From contig BQFW01000009.1 of NCBI GenBank assembly GCA_020891255.1, positions 124,001-188,000 on the forward strand: a stretch of 64,000 bases of DNA, written 5' to 3'. Both the position numbers and the translations under genes were made by a program. Under the pieces are notes generated by a model. The model made no database searches. It was not told where the DNA came from and was given only the letters and a program-made list of their open reading frames with translations. Origin of the DNA: Entomortierella parvispora E1425. Lineage: Eukaryota > Fungi > Mortierellomycota. Below are positions 62,372 to 64,000 of this stretch, in pieces (the first letter of the stretch is position 1; the number at the start of each line of letters is the position of its first letter).

Positions 62372-64000
62372 TCAGTCTGAAAACTGTTCGATTTGATCTT
62401 CTAGACGGGAGAGTCGAATAGTGGCCTCTGTGCCCGCGCCTGGGGTGGACGTGAATGTGAGATCTCCTCCAAAGAGTTTCGCATACAATTTTGAGGTGGC
62501 CAACCCAAATCCAAAGCCGCACAGGGGGAGATTCTCGCCCAAGGCCGATTTCTGAGGCTTGGATTCCACTGCAGAGATGATTGAAGGGAAGTCGATGCAA
62601 ACCGTGTTCGAGGCGGTGGTAAACAAGTAGTCGAACGGTTTGGAGATTTGTTCAGGGGACATCCCACCTCCGTGGTCCTTCACCTTGATGTTGAGATCCC
62701 CAGAGGGGGTGGAAGATAATTGAATCAGAATATCTACAAAAAAAAAAAAAAAAAAAAAAAACGGGCCGAGACAATGAAGATTAGTATCCCAGGTCCACAA
62801 AAAAGGGGTTATCAGACATGGAAAAAGACATTACCTGGGTACGAAGATTTGTCCAGGCCATGGAATTCCGCCGTGGCGCGCATGGAGTTCTTGAGCAACT
62901 CGAACAAAATGTGATGCACGAGCGCTGGTACCACTGGAAAACGAATCTTTCGGCCACCTGCCTCCTTGGCATGCTCCACAACCACATTTGGAGGGAATAC
63001 GGTGTTGTAATGTTGAAAGAATACAAACTGAGCCGACTGGGTGGCATTGTTGATTAAAGCCTCGATATCGCAGTCTGGCTCGATAATGCCCACTCGCATC
63101 GAGTGAGCGCTGGTAGGTGTGGACAGATAAGATGAAGGCGAGAGAGATTCTTGAGTAGGGCTCTTGGAACCACTGTCATTTTTGGCTGATGATTGAGCGC
63201 GGTAAAGCTGATCCTGAAGCGCCAAGTGGTGGCCCACCATGATTCGGATACCCAGTCGCCCACAATTGAATGAGTTCAAAAAACTTTGGATCTTTTCAGA
63301 GGGTTTGCTTCTGTGATGCTGGTACCGTTTGAAAAGACTGATGCCATGAGCCATGTAGATCACATCTAGAAAAATTAGATTCAAGGGAAACAGATGTCAG
63401 ACCCTACTGCGAAATCGAGAGGCACGATAGCTCGCACACGCGCTTTGTCTGTACCTTGCTTGTGGCGGTTCGTAATAGCCTGTAGCAGCTCTGCAAACTC
63501 CTTTAGGGCCTCCTGTTCTAGGGATTCGTTGTCATCCAGATCCAGGTCCTCCCGATTGTGCATATTTGTTGACAGGAATCTGATCAAGTTTCGCACGCAT
63601 GTTAGTTGACCCATGCCTCAAAAAAACACCTCAAAATGAAACCGTCTGCCCCATCCAAGAAAAGGTTCTGGCCCCCTTTGGTTCCTTACCTGAGTCGGCT
63701 GTTGTCAGAGTAAGTCTGCAGTTCTTGGAACGAAAGCGAATAGTTCTTGACCAAATTCATGATTGGCTCCGTGGCCCGCAGCTCCCTCGGCAGATGATTC
63801 AACTCCACAATCCGTTTCGAGAACCGTACCGGCAGTTCTCTGTTGAGAAAATTCATATTCCTTCGAAGCGACATTGTACTGAGGGAGCGGCCTAGCTTTA
63901 AGCACTGGGAAATTGACAGCGGGGTCGGCGCTCGACTGGCGGCGAGATTTATCCGCTGCAGGTCGTCGGACGTTGAAGACGTTGCAGCGTCGCCCTCTAG
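62372..64000 (-). CDS. Pyruvate dehydrogenase / branched-chain alpha-ketoacid dehydrogenase kinase family protein (5' end outside the window)
   Basis: 'FLNRELPVRFSKRIVELNHLP', 'GRLGIRIMVGHHLAL', 'HHILFELLKNSMRAT', 'IKVKDHGGG', 'LFTTA', 'LCGFGFGLATSKLYAKLFGGDL'. Confidence 0.93.

Overview
Intron-rich fungal genomic DNA. The gene content (single-exon F-box/LRR gene, multi-exon FAD monooxygenase, long TRP-like channel, chitin deacetylase) and the intron style suggest Mortierellaceae (Mucoromycota); this taxon call is an inference. Housekeeping genes: acyl-CoA oxidase, ATP2, FEN1/RAD27, QCR7, a NUDT1-like Nudix hydrolase, a CorA-family transporter, GUF1, a KHA1-like cation/H+ antiporter and a 5'-truncated PDK/BCKD kinase. 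The main feature is a 9,769-bp Mutator-like (MULE) transposon at 41103-50871 with two apparently identical 217-bp terminal inverted repeats and a 9-bp T9 target-site duplication. It is inserted in a coding exon of a TRP-like ion-channel gene, and removing the element plus one TSD copy restores the channel reading frame exactly. It carries a FAR1/MULE/SWIM/AT-hook transposase, a Ulp1-like (C48) protease and one or two unrecognised spliced genes. Its ORFs show four +1 single-base frameshifts, which may be real or assembly errors. A second accessory zone (about 14.4-20.1 kb) holds a GTTAAC motif cluster, a frameshifted FAD monooxygenase, a MITE-like element, a decayed gene and a degenerate tandem repeat. 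Exon boundaries were read by eye and no database searches were run.
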